This document shows positions 29,312-39,270 of a DNA stretch of 64,000 nt, piece by piece. The stretch is taken from NCBI GenBank assembly GCA_963745025.1, contig CAVUWD010000002.1, positions 160,001 to 224,000 of the forward strand, in the 5' to 3' direction. The stretch is from an uncultured delta proteobacterium. GTDB taxonomy: Bacteria; Desulfobacterota; Binatia; JACPRU01. Position numbers and translations under genes: made by a program. The notes below the pieces were generated by a model, which saw nothing but the letters and a program-made list of their open reading frames with translations, searched no databases and was not told the origin of the DNA. How positions within the stretch are numbered: the stretch's first letter is position 1; each line of letters starts with the position of its first letter.

Positions 29312-30198
29312 TTGCGAGCGGGGCTGTTCGGCGGGCTTTCCGGCGTCGGCACGGTCGCGGCGGTCTGGGCGGGGACCGCAGACGGCTGCGGGGCGACGGC
29401 CATAGACGGCCTGCCGAGGCTCTCCACGAGGGCTGGCAACGGCGGGTCGGGAACGACGATCTTCTTGGCCTTGAGATCGGCGAGCGCGGTTTCGGCCTGA
29501 GCGCGATCGGGGCTCTGGGGGTATTCTGCGATCAGCGCCGCGTAGGCGAGAGCCGACCGGGTGAGGTCACCGCGCTTACGGAAGTACTTGCCGAAGTGAG
29601 CGAGCGCCGCCGCCGCGACGTCGGTGTCGGGATAGTGTTCGAGCAGTCGCCGCAAACGCGCTTCGGCACCGAGCGGATCCGTCCAGATGAGGTAGAACTT
29701 GGCGATCGAGAACTCGTGGTCCGCGAGCACCTCGCGGATTTCCTTGAGCTTGCGTTTTGCCTCCGCTGCATAGGGGCTGTCCGGGTAGCGCGTAAGCACC
29801 GACTGCAGATGGGCCTGCGCGTTCTCTGCGGCCCTCTGGTCGCGATCTTTCTTGCCCATCTGATCCATGTAGGCGAGGGCGGTGTAGTACTCGGTGAGCG
29901 CGATGTTCGGGTTCGTGGGGTGCATCCGCTGGAAATCCTGAAACGACGCGATCGCCTCCGCGTACTGCTTGTGCAGATACTGGGCCTGGCCGATCTTCAG
30001 CTGGGCTTCCTCGCTGTGGTCGCTGAACGGATACTCTTCGAGCAGCTTCTGGTAATCCTGGATGGCCAGATCGTAGGCCTCCGCCTTCATCGAGGCGGTC
30101 GCTCTGTCGTGGTACTCCTGCTCGCTCAAGATCTTTTCGGCAGAACAAGACGCGAGTACGAGCGCGAGAAGCGCCGCCGCCCGCCCGAGGAGAGCCAT
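29308..30198 (-). CDS. bamD: Outer membrane protein assembly lipoprotein BamD
   Basis: Lipobox LASC, TPRs, YPFS, RDQRAA, RYPDSPYA, LADHEFSIAKFY. Confidence 0.88.
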   Translation of the reverse strand: MALLGRAAALLALVLASCSAEKILSEQEYHDRATASMKAEAYDLAIQDYQKLLEEYPFSDHSEEAQLKIGQAQYLHKQYAEAIASFQDFQRMHPTNPNIALTEYYTALAYMDQMGKKDRDQRAAENAQAHLQSVLTRYPDSPYAAEAKRKLKEIREVLADHEFSIAKFYLIWTDPLGAEARLRRLLEHYPDTDVAAAALAHFGKYFRKRGDLTRSALAYAALIAEYPQSPDRAQAETALADLKAKKIVVPDPPLPALVESLGRPSMAVAPQPSAVPAQTAATVPTPESPPNSPARN

Positions 30199-30203
30199 GG
30201 TTC

Positions 30204-30842
30204 TCACCGCGCGAGTAGAACCTGGTCGCGGCTCTCGCCGAGATACCAGTAGCGGAGGTAGAGCAGCGCGCCGAGGTTGTACACGCTGTGGCAGAGGATG
30301 GGCGGGATCAAGCTGCCGGTCAGCTGGTAGAGCAAGCCGAACGCGGCGCCGACGCCGGAGGCCCAGATCACGTAGCTGATGTTCAATGGATGCAGGAGCC
30401 CGAACAGCAGGCTCGCGCCGACGATGCCGATCTCGCCCTGCACCGCACCGCGAAAGAAGATTTCCTCGGAGATCCCGGAGAGTGCCGCCAGCGCCGAGAT
30501 CTCCGCGAGCGTCAGGCTCTTGCCGAACGGCGTGAGAAGGTCGTCCCACACCCCCTTCATCTCGCGCAGCAGGAGCGCGCGCGACGCCCAGGCGGAGGTG
30601 AAGAACGGCAAGGACAGGCACAGGACGGAGGCCGACAGCAGGCCGATCAGCAGATCGCCGGCGGTGGCGCGGAGATGGCCGAGCAAGCCGAGACCACGAA
30701 TCCAGCTCCAGCCGAGCGCCGCCGTCGTGAGGCTGATCGCCAACGTGCCCTCGAGGCGGATGATCCGCGACTGGCGGAACGCTGCGGGCCGGGACTTGTC
30801 TTCCAGGCTGCCGCCGGAGATCAGTGATTGACGGGCGTTCAT
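30204..30842 (-). CDS. CPBP/Abi family intramembrane glutamic endopeptidase
   Basis: SEEIFFRG, LFGLLH, HSVYN. Confidence 0.88.
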   Translation of the reverse strand: MNARQSLISGGSLEDKSRPAAFRQSRIIRLEGTLAISLTTAALGWSWIRGLGLLGHLRATAGDLLIGLLSASVLCLSLPFFTSAWASRALLLREMKGVWDDLLTPFGKSLTLAEISALAALSGISEEIFFRGAVQGEIGIVGASLLFGLLHPLNISYVIWASGVGAAFGLLYQLTGSLIPPILCHSVYNLGALLYLRYWYLGESRDQVLLAR

Positions 30843-30928
30843 CGGCGATGTTAGGGGGGTCGAACGACTCCCCGATTCCAACGCGGCTGCATTATTGCCG
30901 CAAAAGCCAAGCGCTCGCAAGAACGGTC

Positions 30929-31040
30929 GGGGACGTTCCTGACCCTCGTAACCTTCGTCGCGTTCCTCGCGTTGGCGAAATCCTGTAAGAAGAGAGGCGC
31001 GACGAAGGCTACGAAGGCTACGAAGGTCAGGAACGTCCCC
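30929..31040. repeat. 112-bp inverted-repeat hairpin with ACGAAGGCT nonamers
   Basis: GGGGACGTTCCTGACC ... GGTCAGGAACGTCCCC perfect 16-bp ends; internal GACGAAGGCTACGAAGGCTACGAAGG. Confidence 0.8.
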
Positions 31041-31041
31041 A

Positions 31042-31824
31042 TTGCGCGAGCTTCGTGACATGTGGCGGGACACCCGCATGGTGGTGTTCACGGCGATCTC
31101 GGCGGCGCTCTACGCTTCGATCCTGATCCCGTTCAAGGTGATGCCGATCATTCCGGGCGTGACCGAGTTCCGCCCGGCGAATGCGGTGCCGGTGATCTGC
31201 TCGCTCTTGTTCGGACCGGCGGCGGCGTGGGGAAGCGCGATCGGCAATCTGATCGGCGATCTCTTCGGCGGCATCGGCCCGGGAGACATGTTCGGGTTTG
31301 CGGGAAACTTTTTGTACGGCTTGGTGCCGTATCGTGCGTGGGAAGCGCTTGGCGGCGGAGATCCCACGCCGCGTTCGCTCGGCGAGTGGCTGCGCCTGCT
31401 GTTCGTCGTGCTGCTCGCGGCCGCTGCCTGCGCTCTGGTCGTCGGCTGGGGTCTGAACTTACTCGGCTTCGTGCCGTTCCCCGTGCTTGGAAACGTCGTC
31501 CTCTGGAACAACGTGGTGGCTGCGGGCGTGCTCGGGCCGCTCACGCTCCGCGTGCTCTACCCGCGCGTCAAGTCGAGCGGCTTGCTCTACACGGATCTGA
31601 TCCAGAGCCGCACACGACGTGCGGGCACCCGTCCGTTCGTGCTCGCCGCGGCGAGCGCTCTGACCTTCGGCGGCCACGTCGCGGGAAACCTCATCTACGC
31701 GGGCTACTGGACGCCTCCGTGGGTGCGGCCTTTCGGCATCGTGACGCCGAGCCGCGCCTTCGAAGTCGGGGTCGGTCTCGCTCCGTTCGTCATCGGCGCG
31801 TTCGCTTGCTTCCTCTCCCTGTGA
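31042..31824 (+). CDS. ECF transporter S component (QueT-like family)
   Basis: AISAALYA, EFRPANA, LLFGPAAAWGSAIGNLIGD; 6+ TM; heads an ECF operon; substrate uncertain. Confidence 0.75.
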   Translation: MRELRDMWRDTRMVVFTAISAALYASILIPFKVMPIIPGVTEFRPANAVPVICSLLFGPAAAWGSAIGNLIGDLFGGIGPGDMFGFAGNFLYGLVPYRAWEALGGGDPTPRSLGEWLRLLFVVLLAAAACALVVGWGLNLLGFVPFPVLGNVVLWNNVVAAGVLGPLTLRVLYPRVKSSGLLYTDLIQSRTRRAGTRPFVLAAASALTFGGHVAGNLIYAGYWTPPWVRPFGIVTPSRAFEVGVGLAPFVIGAFACFLSL

Positions 31825-33500
31825 GCAACGACGAGGCGCTTGCCTTCGACGGATTCAGCGTCGTGTATTCGGCTCCGCGCGCGGAGGCCCTTCGCGACGT
31901 CCGGTTTCGCGTCGAGCGCGGCGAGATGGTCGCCGTTCTCGGGCCGAGTGGCGCCGGGAAGACGACGCTCCTCAAGTGCGCGAACCGGCTCGTTCCCACT
32001 CTCAAGCCGGCGGAGGTTCGGGGAGTGCTGCGGGTGCTCGGGCGGCGGGGAGAGGGGCTCCATGTCCGTGATCTCGCGGCGCTCGTCGGTTTCGTCTTCC
32101 AAGACTTCGAGGCGCAGCTCTTCTCGACGAGCGTCGAGGAAGAGATCCTCTTCGGTCTGGAACAGCTCGGCGTCGACCCCGGAGCGATGAGAAGCCGGAT
32201 CACTGCCGCGCTCGCCGCGGTCGGTCTCGCGGGCTTCGAGCGCCGCGAGCCGACGACGCTGTCGGGTGGCGAGAAGCAGCGGCTCGCGATTGCGGCCGTG
32301 CTCGCGCTCGAGCCGGAGCTCTGGCTTCTCGACGAGCCCTCGACGGATCTCGATCCGGCCGGCCGTCGCGAGCTCTTCTTGCTCCTCGGACGGTTGCGTG
32401 GTGGCGGGAAGACCCTCGTGGTGGTCGAGCACGACGTCGAAGCGATGGCCGCAGCCGATCGATGGGTCGTGATGGAAGAGGGGAGGATCGCGCTCGAGGG
32501 ACGGCCGGGGGAGCTTCTCGCACGGGCGGACGAACTGGCGACGCTCGGCGTCCGGCCGCCGGATCTGGCGATCGTCTGCCGCCGTCTGGGCTTGCCGGTC
32601 TGGCCGCCCGACGTGGAGTCGGTCGCCGGGCGTGTGCGGGCGAGCGGCGTTCCGGCAGGGCAGCGCGCGCTCGCCTCGGCCTCGCGCTCTTCCGAGCCTT
32701 CCGGGCCGGTGATCCTCGAGGCTCGCGACGTGCGGTTTCGTTACGAAGACCAAGCGGGCGCGGCGCTCGCCGGGGTCGACTTCACGCTCCGCGAAGGAGA
32801 GTTCGTCGCGCTGATCGGGGCCAACGGATCGGGAAAGAGCACGCTTGCGAGGCTCGTCGGTGGCTTGCTCGAGGGGGCTTCGGGATGCATTGCCTGGCGC
32901 GGGCGCCCACTCGCCGCGCTCGGCGCCGCCGAACGCGCCGCCACGGTCGGCTACGTCTTCCAGAACCCCGACGATCAGATCTTCGCCGCCACGGTCGAAG
33001 AGGAGATCGCCTTCGGCCCACGGCAGGTCGGCTGCGCGCCCGAAGAGGTCTTGTCGCGAGTGCGCGCCGTCGTCGAAGCCGTCGGGCTCGAGTCGCTGGA
33101 GCGGCGCGATCCGTTCCTGCTCGGCAAGGGCGAGCGGCAGAAGGTGGCGGTCGCGTCGATCCTCGCGCTCCGACCGACGGTGTTGATTCTCGACGAGCCG
33201 ACGACCGGTCTCGATTTTCGCGAGCAGCGGGCGCTGATGGACGTTCTCGAGCGCCTGCACCGCTCGGGGCAGACCGTGGTGATCATCACCCACGTGCCCT
33301 GGGTCGTGGGAACCTACGCAGAGCGCGCCGTGCTTCTGCAGGAGGGCCGGATTCTCTATGACGGCTCGGTCGGAGACCTCTTCGCCGACGAAGCGCTCTG
33401 CCGCCGCGCGGATTTCGTTCCACCCGAGATCTCGCGTCTCGGCAACCGGCTTGGCGTTTCAGCCCTCGACGTGGAGTCCTTTTTCCGCGCGCTCGCGTGA
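31821..33500 (+). CDS. ECF transporter fused double ATPase (A-A')
   Basis: GPSGAGKT/LSGGEKQR/LLDEP and GANGSGKS/LGKGERQK/ILDEP. Confidence 0.92.
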   Translation: MSNDEALAFDGFSVVYSAPRAEALRDVRFRVERGEMVAVLGPSGAGKTTLLKCANRLVPTLKPAEVRGVLRVLGRRGEGLHVRDLAALVGFVFQDFEAQLFSTSVEEEILFGLEQLGVDPGAMRSRITAALAAVGLAGFERREPTTLSGGEKQRLAIAAVLALEPELWLLDEPSTDLDPAGRRELFLLLGRLRGGGKTLVVVEHDVEAMAAADRWVVMEEGRIALEGRPGELLARADELATLGVRPPDLAIVCRRLGLPVWPPDVESVAGRVRASGVPAGQRALASASRSSEPSGPVILEARDVRFRYEDQAGAALAGVDFTLREGEFVALIGANGSGKSTLARLVGGLLEGASGCIAWRGRPLAALGAAERAATVGYVFQNPDDQIFAATVEEEIAFGPRQVGCAPEEVLSRVRAVVEAVGLESLERRDPFLLGKGERQKVAVASILALRPTVLILDEPTTGLDFREQRALMDVLERLHRSGQTVVIITHVPWVVGTYAERAVLLQEGRILYDGSVGDLFADEALCRRADFVPPEISRLGNRLGVSALDVESFFRALA

Positions 33501-34297
33501 CTGGAGCTGACATGCACGTCACCCTCTACCTCGGTCGCGGAACCTTCCTCTACCGGCTCCATCCGCAGGTGAAGGTCGGTCTTCTGGCCGCCACGTTCGC
33601 CTCGATCTATGGGATCGATCGGCCGCTGGCCGTAGCTCCGGTGGCGACGGCCTTGGCGCTGCTGCTGATCTCGGCCGGGGCGATCGTCAACGTGCGGAGG
33701 TTCGCGGTGATGTTCATCGCCGTGCCGGTTGCGAGCTTCGTCATGTGGAGCTTCTTCTACGGTTACGGGCAAAGCGGCGCGGCCGCATTCGGCCCGCGGC
33801 CGCGCGGCGAGGCGATCGAGTTTGCCGCCGGTATGGCGCTGAAGCTCGAGAGCTTTCTCGCCGCGAGCGTGCTGTTCTTGTCGATCACCCGCGTCGAGGA
33901 GTTCACCGAGGCGCTGCGCGATTTCGGCATGCCCTACCGCATGAGCTTCACGATCGCTCTGGCATTCCGCCTCGTGCCGCTATTTCTCGCCTCGGCGCTC
34001 TCCGTCGTGGTCGCGCAGCGTGCTCGCGGGCTCGACTTCTCGCGTGGCAGCGTCTTCGCCCGGCTCGCGCGCTACGTGCCGGTGATCGTCCCCGTGTTCA
34101 TGGGAGCGCTCCGTCGTGCCGATGCCATGGCGATGGCTCTGGAATCACGCGGGTTCAGCCGCCAGGCGGCGCGTACGACGTTCTTGCGCTCACGCTTCGC
34201 GCCTCGCGACTTCGTCGCTGCGACGGTAATCGTCTTCGTCGTCGCCGTCTATATCTGGGCCTGGGCGCATGGCTACGGAAGGCTCCGCGCGCGATGA
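33497..34297 (+). CDS. ECF transporter T component
   Basis: LHPQVK, AQRARG and ALESRG conserved Arg motifs. Confidence 0.92.
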   Translation: MTGADMHVTLYLGRGTFLYRLHPQVKVGLLAATFASIYGIDRPLAVAPVATALALLLISAGAIVNVRRFAVMFIAVPVASFVMWSFFYGYGQSGAAAFGPRPRGEAIEFAAGMALKLESFLAASVLFLSITRVEEFTEALRDFGMPYRMSFTIALAFRLVPLFLASALSVVVAQRARGLDFSRGSVFARLARYVPVIVPVFMGALRRADAMAMALESRGFSRQAARTTFLRSRFAPRDFVAATVIVFVVAVYIWAWAHGYGRLRAR

Positions 34298-35142
34298 GAA
34301 CGAGCCGCACCGCGGTCTTCGTCGTCGCGGCGGCCCTCGCACTGCCGGCGGCGCACGCGCTCGCTTGGGGTCTCGCGACCCATCGTGCGATCGAGGAACA
34401 AGCGATCGAGACGCTTCCCGATCCGCTGCGATCGTACTTTCGCTCCCATCGCGCAGAGATCTCGGAATGGTCCGTCGAGCCGGATACGGTCCTGCGTGAC
34501 CGCGACGGTGAGAAGGAATCCGTCAAGCACTTCATCGATCTCGATCTCTACGGCGCGCCGCCGTTCGCCAGCCTGCCGCGCTCGTATGACGCGGCGGTCG
34601 AGCGCTTCGGCGAGCACGTCGTGAAGGAGCGAGGCACGCTGCCGTGGACGATCGAGGAGGCGCATGCGCGGCTGGTGCACGAGATGCGCGCCCGCGATTG
34701 GCGCGCCGCGCTGCGCACGGCCGCGTACGGAGGTCACTACGTCGCGGACGCGACGATGCCGCTTCACGTGATCTCCGACTACGACGGCCGGAAGAGCGGC
34801 AGCCCGGGGATCCACAAGGTGGTCGAGCACGCGCTCGTCGACGCGCGGCTCCGCGAGTACATGCGCCGCGCGCGGGCGACGTTCGCGCCGGCAAGCGTCG
34901 CGGCTTACGGTCGGGAGCGCGTCTTCCAAACCCTCGTCGAGAGCTACCATGCCGCTGCGGAGCTACTCGCGGCCGATCACCAAGCGCGGCGTCTCGGCGA
35001 TCTCGGGTCCACGGCGTATCTCGACGTGCTCGACCGCGAGGCGGGCTCTCTGCTGGCCGCCCGGCTCTCTCGCGCCATCGAGGTCCTGGGCGCGTTCTGG
35101 CTCTCGGCGTGGCAGGAAGCGGACCGGCCCTCACCCTCGTAG
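34294..35142 (+). CDS. Secreted S1/P1 nuclease / Zn-phospholipase C family protein
   Basis: Signal peptide then WG..TH, VEPD, HFID, GHYVADATMPLH, GIH..VE tri-zinc ligands. Confidence 0.82.
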   Translation: MRTSRTAVFVVAAALALPAAHALAWGLATHRAIEEQAIETLPDPLRSYFRSHRAEISEWSVEPDTVLRDRDGEKESVKHFIDLDLYGAPPFASLPRSYDAAVERFGEHVVKERGTLPWTIEEAHARLVHEMRARDWRAALRTAAYGGHYVADATMPLHVISDYDGRKSGSPGIHKVVEHALVDARLREYMRRARATFAPASVAAYGRERVFQTLVESYHAAAELLAADHQARRLGDLGSTAYLDVLDREAGSLLAARLSRAIEVLGAFWLSAWQEADRPSPS

Positions 35143-35169
35143 CGCACCTCGTGGCCGCAACCGAAACGT

Positions 35170-35455
35170 CGTCGGCCTACGGATGCATCAGTCTTCGCCT
35201 CCGGCGCTCGAGATCCGGAAGCGCTGGACTTTCCGGTCGGCCCGGATTCGGGTCGACCGGAAAGTCCAGCCACCGCGCGCAAGCGCGGAAGACGATAGAC
35301 CAGTGTCGAGGGTGATTGTCTTCCGCGCTCCGCGCGGTTGCGGTCGGTTGTGATCGACCCGAGTACGGGCCGCGACCACAACCGACCGCGTCCGTCTCCT
35401 CGAGCGTGGTGCGAAAACTGATCGGGTGCGGGTCACGTCGGCCTACTGATGCATC
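35170..35455 (+). repeat. Three-hairpin structured repeat, copy B (35221-35390), inside 20-bp direct repeats
   Basis: CGTCGGCCTAC(G/T)GATGCATC at 35170-35189 and 35436-35455; three stems between them. Confidence 0.85.
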
Positions 35456-35510
35456 GCATCGCATCTCATCTCATATCTTGGTCTGTAAGCGAGAATCGTA
35501 CCCCAGTAGC

Positions 35511-36563
35511 TCAATAGAGGATCAGCGGCTTTAGGATCCCGTCCTCCTTCGTCTCCATCATCCGAAACGCGCGCTCCACCTCTGTGAACCGGAAGCGGTG
35601 GGTGGTCATCGGTGTCGGGTCGAAGCGGCCAGTCTCGATGAGGCGTAGAAGCCGTGTCATCCGCTCGTGCCCTCCGGGGCAGAGGACGCCGCGGATCGTC
35701 TTGTCGGCCATGCCGAAGCCGAAGTCGGCGAGCGGGATGCGCAGCGAGTCACCGGATTCTCCGTGGTAGCCGACGTTCGAGATCACGCCGCCCGCCCGCG
35801 TGGCGCGGATGCAGCTCTCGAAGGTGACCGGCAGGCCGACGGCCTCGATCGCCGCGTCGACGCCGGCGCCGCCCGTGAGGCGAAGAATCTCGGCCACGGG
35901 GTCGCCGCTAGCCGGATCCACGACGACGTCGGCGCCGAAGCGCTTGGCGAGCCTCTGACGCTCGGGCTTCCCTTCCACCGCGATGACGAGACCCGCGCCG
36001 GAGAGCCGCGCCCCCGCGGTCGCGCAAAGCCCGACCGGGCCTTGCGCGAACACCGCCACCGTGCCGCCGAGCGGAATCTCCGCTTCCTCGGCGGCCGCGA
36101 AGCCGGTGCTCATCATGTCGGTCGTGTAGAGCGCCTGCTCGTCGGAGAGCCCCTGCGGAATCGGCGCGAGGTTGTAGTCGGCGTCGTTGACGAGAAAGTA
36201 TTCGGCGAGATTGCCTTCGCGCTGCGCGGTGAACTTGTAGCCGCCGAGCGTGCCGCCGCACTGCGCGCCGTGGCCACGCTGGCAAAAGCTGCACTTGCCG
36301 CAGGGGGTCACGGCGCAGACCGCCACTCTGTCGCCCTCGCGAACGGCCGTCACGTGAGAGCCCGCGCGGTGGACGACGCCGACACTCTCGTGACCGAGGA
36401 CGCGCCCCTCGGGTATGGGCAGAACGCCGTGAACCGTGTGCACGTCCGAGGTGCAGACGAGAGAGGCGGTGGTGCGCACCACCGCCTCGTTCGGTCCGGG
36501 CTCAGGGTTGGGCTTATCGACGAGGCCGACTTTGTTCTTGCCGAGAAAGGCGAATGCCTTCAC
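35511..36563 (-). CDS. Zinc-dependent alcohol dehydrogenase (MDR, secondary-ADH-like)
   Basis: CTSDVH, GHESVG, CGKCSFCQRG...C, TDMMSTG, AQGPVGL. Confidence 0.9.
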   Translation of the reverse strand: MKAFAFLGKNKVGLVDKPNPEPGPNEAVVRTTASLVCTSDVHTVHGVLPIPEGRVLGHESVGVVHRAGSHVTAVREGDRVAVCAVTPCGKCSFCQRGHGAQCGGTLGGYKFTAQREGNLAEYFLVNDADYNLAPIPQGLSDEQALYTTDMMSTGFAAAEEAEIPLGGTVAVFAQGPVGLCATAGARLSGAGLVIAVEGKPERQRLAKRFGADVVVDPASGDPVAEILRLTGGAGVDAAIEAVGLPVTFESCIRATRAGGVISNVGYHGESGDSLRIPLADFGFGMADKTIRGVLCPGGHERMTRLLRLIETGRFDPTPMTTHRFRFTEVERAFRMMETKEDGILKPLILY

Positions 36564-36741
36564 GATGTTTCCTCCTTGTTCTATGACGGCATGTAGCGAA
36601 CGGCAGAGCAAGGCAATCCTTCGATGGTGAAAGTCGCGGCGATCTTTTGACAACGGAGCTCGCTTGGCAGGACGCTCGAACGGAGATGGGATCGCGACCA
36701 GCGGGAGCGATCTACGGCGCAGCCTCCCAGCCACGGCGGGG

Positions 36742-37671
36742 ATGCGACGCTTCGGGCTCGGCCTCCCGAACGCATTCCCGCTGGGCGAGCCGAATCTCGA
36801 CTTCTTGCGCTTCGCGGAGCGAGCCGAAGAGCTCGGCTACGACGCGCTGTGGGCAGGCGACCACGTGGTGTTTCACGTTCCCCGGCTCGAGATCTTCACG
36901 GTGCTCGCCGCAGTCGTGACGAAGACGCGTCGCGTGACCGTCGGGCCGGGCGTGCTGCTTCTCTGCCTGCGCAACCCCGTGCACGTCGCGCAGACCGTCG
37001 CGACGCTCGACCACCTCTCCGCGGGGCGCTTCGTGCTCGGGGTGGGTGTCGGGGGTGAGCACGTGAAGGAGTTCGAGGCTTCGGGCGTGCCGCGCCGCGA
37101 GCGCGGCGCGCGCACCGACGAGGGGCTCGCGATCGTGCGCAAGCTGCTCACCCAGCCTGAGGTCGACTACGAAGGTCGCTTCTGGCGGCTCCGCGGCATC
37201 TCGATGAAGCTCCGCCCGCCACACCTGCCCCCGGTCTGGGTCGGCGGGCGGGCCGAGGCCACGTTCCATCGCGTCGTCGCACATGGCGATGCCTGGTTTC
37301 CGGGCTTCGTCACCCCGGACGCGTACCGCGAGGGCTCGCGCAGGATCGACATCCTCTGCCGCGAGGCGGGCCGAGACCCGGCGACGATCGAGCGCGGGCT
37401 CTATCTGTTCGTGAGTGTCGACGCGGATTCCGCTCGCGCACGCCGGCAAGCCGAGGAGTTCTTGAGCCGCAACTACAACATGCCCTTTGCGCCGTTCGAG
37501 CGTTACCTGATCGCGGGCCGTCCGCAGCAGTGCATCGAAGCGGTGCGGCGTCATCTGGACGCGGGCGTGACGCACCTGACCGTCCGCTTCGCGACTGCCG
37601 AGCCGCTGCGGCAGCTCGAGCTCTGGAGCGCGGACGTCCTGCCGGCCCTGCGCGAAATTGCGGTACCCTGA
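36742..37671 (+). CDS. LLM-class flavin/F420-dependent oxidoreductase
   Basis: AEELGYDALWAGDH, ATLDHLSAGRFVLGVGVG, PPVWVGG. Confidence 0.9.
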   Translation: MRRFGLGLPNAFPLGEPNLDFLRFAERAEELGYDALWAGDHVVFHVPRLEIFTVLAAVVTKTRRVTVGPGVLLLCLRNPVHVAQTVATLDHLSAGRFVLGVGVGGEHVKEFEASGVPRRERGARTDEGLAIVRKLLTQPEVDYEGRFWRLRGISMKLRPPHLPPVWVGGRAEATFHRVVAHGDAWFPGFVTPDAYREGSRRIDILCREAGRDPATIERGLYLFVSVDADSARARRQAEEFLSRNYNMPFAPFERYLIAGRPQQCIEAVRRHLDAGVTHLTVRFATAEPLRQLELWSADVLPALREIAVP

Positions 37672-37686
37672 ACGAGGGAGGCGACC

Positions 37687-38251
37687 ATGAGACTCACCAA
37701 ACCGAGAATCGAGCCACTGCCCGAAGCCGAGTGGAACGACGAAGTGCGGGGGCTGCTGCAGCCGAGCCGCACGAATGCCGGTGACGGCAAGGTGCTGAAC
37801 GTTCAGGCGACGATCGCGCGTCACCCGAAGCTCCTCAAGCGCTGGCTCGTGTTCGGCAACCACGTGCTCGTCAAGTCGACGCTGCCGGCGCGCGAGCGCG
37901 AGATCGTGATCCTGCGCATCGGCTGGCTGTGCCGGTCGGGCTACGAGTGGGGCCAGCACGTGATGATCGGCCGGCGCGCCGGGCTCGGCGACGAGGAGAT
38001 CGAGCGCATCCGCAAGGGCCCCGACGCGCCCGGCTGGAGCCCGTTCGAGTCGGCGCTGCTGCGCGCCACCGACGAGCTGCACGACGACGCGTTCATCAGC
38101 GACGCGACCTGGCAGGCGCTCGCGGCTCGTTACGACACGCAGCAGCTCATGGACCTCGTGTTCACGGTCGGGCAGTACAACCTGGTGTCGATGGCGCTGA
38201 ACACGCTTCGGCGTGCAGCTCGACGAAGGCGTGCGCGGGTTTTCGACATGA
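37687..38251 (+). CDS. Carboxymuconolactone decarboxylase/AhpD-like protein (frameshift near 3' end)
   Basis: PRIEPLP, LPAREREIVILR, YEWGQH, DLVFTVGQY; true end ..GVQLDEG in another frame. Confidence 0.82.
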
Positions 38252-39053
38252 CCGGGCGCCTCGCCGGCAAGGTCGCGATCGTCATCGGCGCCGGCCAGAC
38301 GCCCGGCGACACGATCGGCAACGGCCGCGCGACCGCGCTCCTCTTCGCGCGCGAGGGCGCGCGCGTCCTGGTCGTCGATCGCGACGAAGCTCCGCGCGCG
38401 AGACCGAGGAGAAGATTCGCTCCGCGGGAAGCGAGGCCGCGGCGTTTCGTGGCGACGTGACGTCACCGCGAGCCGACTGCCGGGCGATGACGCCGGACGT
38501 GCGTCGACCGCTACGGGCGGATCGACGTGCTGCACAACAACGTCGGCATCGGCGACGGCGACGCCGGTCCCGTGCATCTCACGGAGGAAGCCTGGGACCG
38601 CATCCTCACGGTCAATCTGAAGAGCGTGATCTTCACCGTGCAAGCACGTGCTGCCGGTGATGCGCGCGCAAGGCAGCGGCGTCGATCATCAACGTCTCGT
38701 CGATCGCCGCCGTCTGCGCGGTGGGCGATGCGTCGCCTACAAGACCTCGAAGGCCGGGGTCAACGCCTCACGCAGTCGCTCGCGATCGGCAACGCGAAGT
38801 ACGGCATCCGCGCCAACGTGATCATGCCCGGACTGATGAACACGCCGATGGCGATCGAGGGGATCTCTCGCGAGCGCGGCATCGCGAAGGAAGAGTTGAT
38901 CGCGCGCGCGACGCGCAGGTGCCGCTCGGCGGGAAGATGGGCACCGCGTGGGACGTGGCCTACGCGGCGTTGTTTCTCGCCTCCGACGAGGCGCGGTTCA
39001 TCACCGGCGTGCTGCTGCCGGTCGACGGCGGGCAGAGCGCACGGATTGGTTAG
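38248..39053 (+). CDS. SDR oxidoreductase (apparent frameshifts)
   Basis: [41 protein letters not shown] in alternating frames. Confidence 0.8.
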
Positions 39054-39071
39054 GCCCAATAGGAAGTACGA

Positions 39072-39192
39072 GCGCAACCGCGCGTAAGCGCGGAAAACGA
39101 TAGCCCACCGAATCGGCCTATTGCCTTCAGCGCTCCGCGCTGTTGCGCTTGGTTTTCGTCGATCCGAGTACGGATCGACAAAAACCAAGCGC
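39072..39192 (+). repeat. Structured repeat, copy C (two hairpins)
   Basis: CCGCGCGTAAGCGCGGAA.ACGATAG and GATCCGAGTACGGATC conserved; outer stem replaced by CTTGGTTTT/AAAACCAAG. Confidence 0.8.
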
Positions 39193-39270
39193 GCCTTTCG
39201 CATCGCCGAGCATCCTACCGAGACTCAAGGCATTGCGGCGCCGCGAAGATCGCTTGTCCTTCCGTGGGCC

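Noticed and set aside
30929-31040. preQ1 riboswitch upstream of QueT-like gene
   Set aside because: No short stem plus A-rich pseudoknot tail typical of preQ1-I; the sequence is a long inverted repeat instead.
38200-38950. CMD-SDR fusion or SDR pseudogene
   Set aside because: The apparent fusion ORF 37687-38460 arises from indels; both genes can be rebuilt by frame correction.
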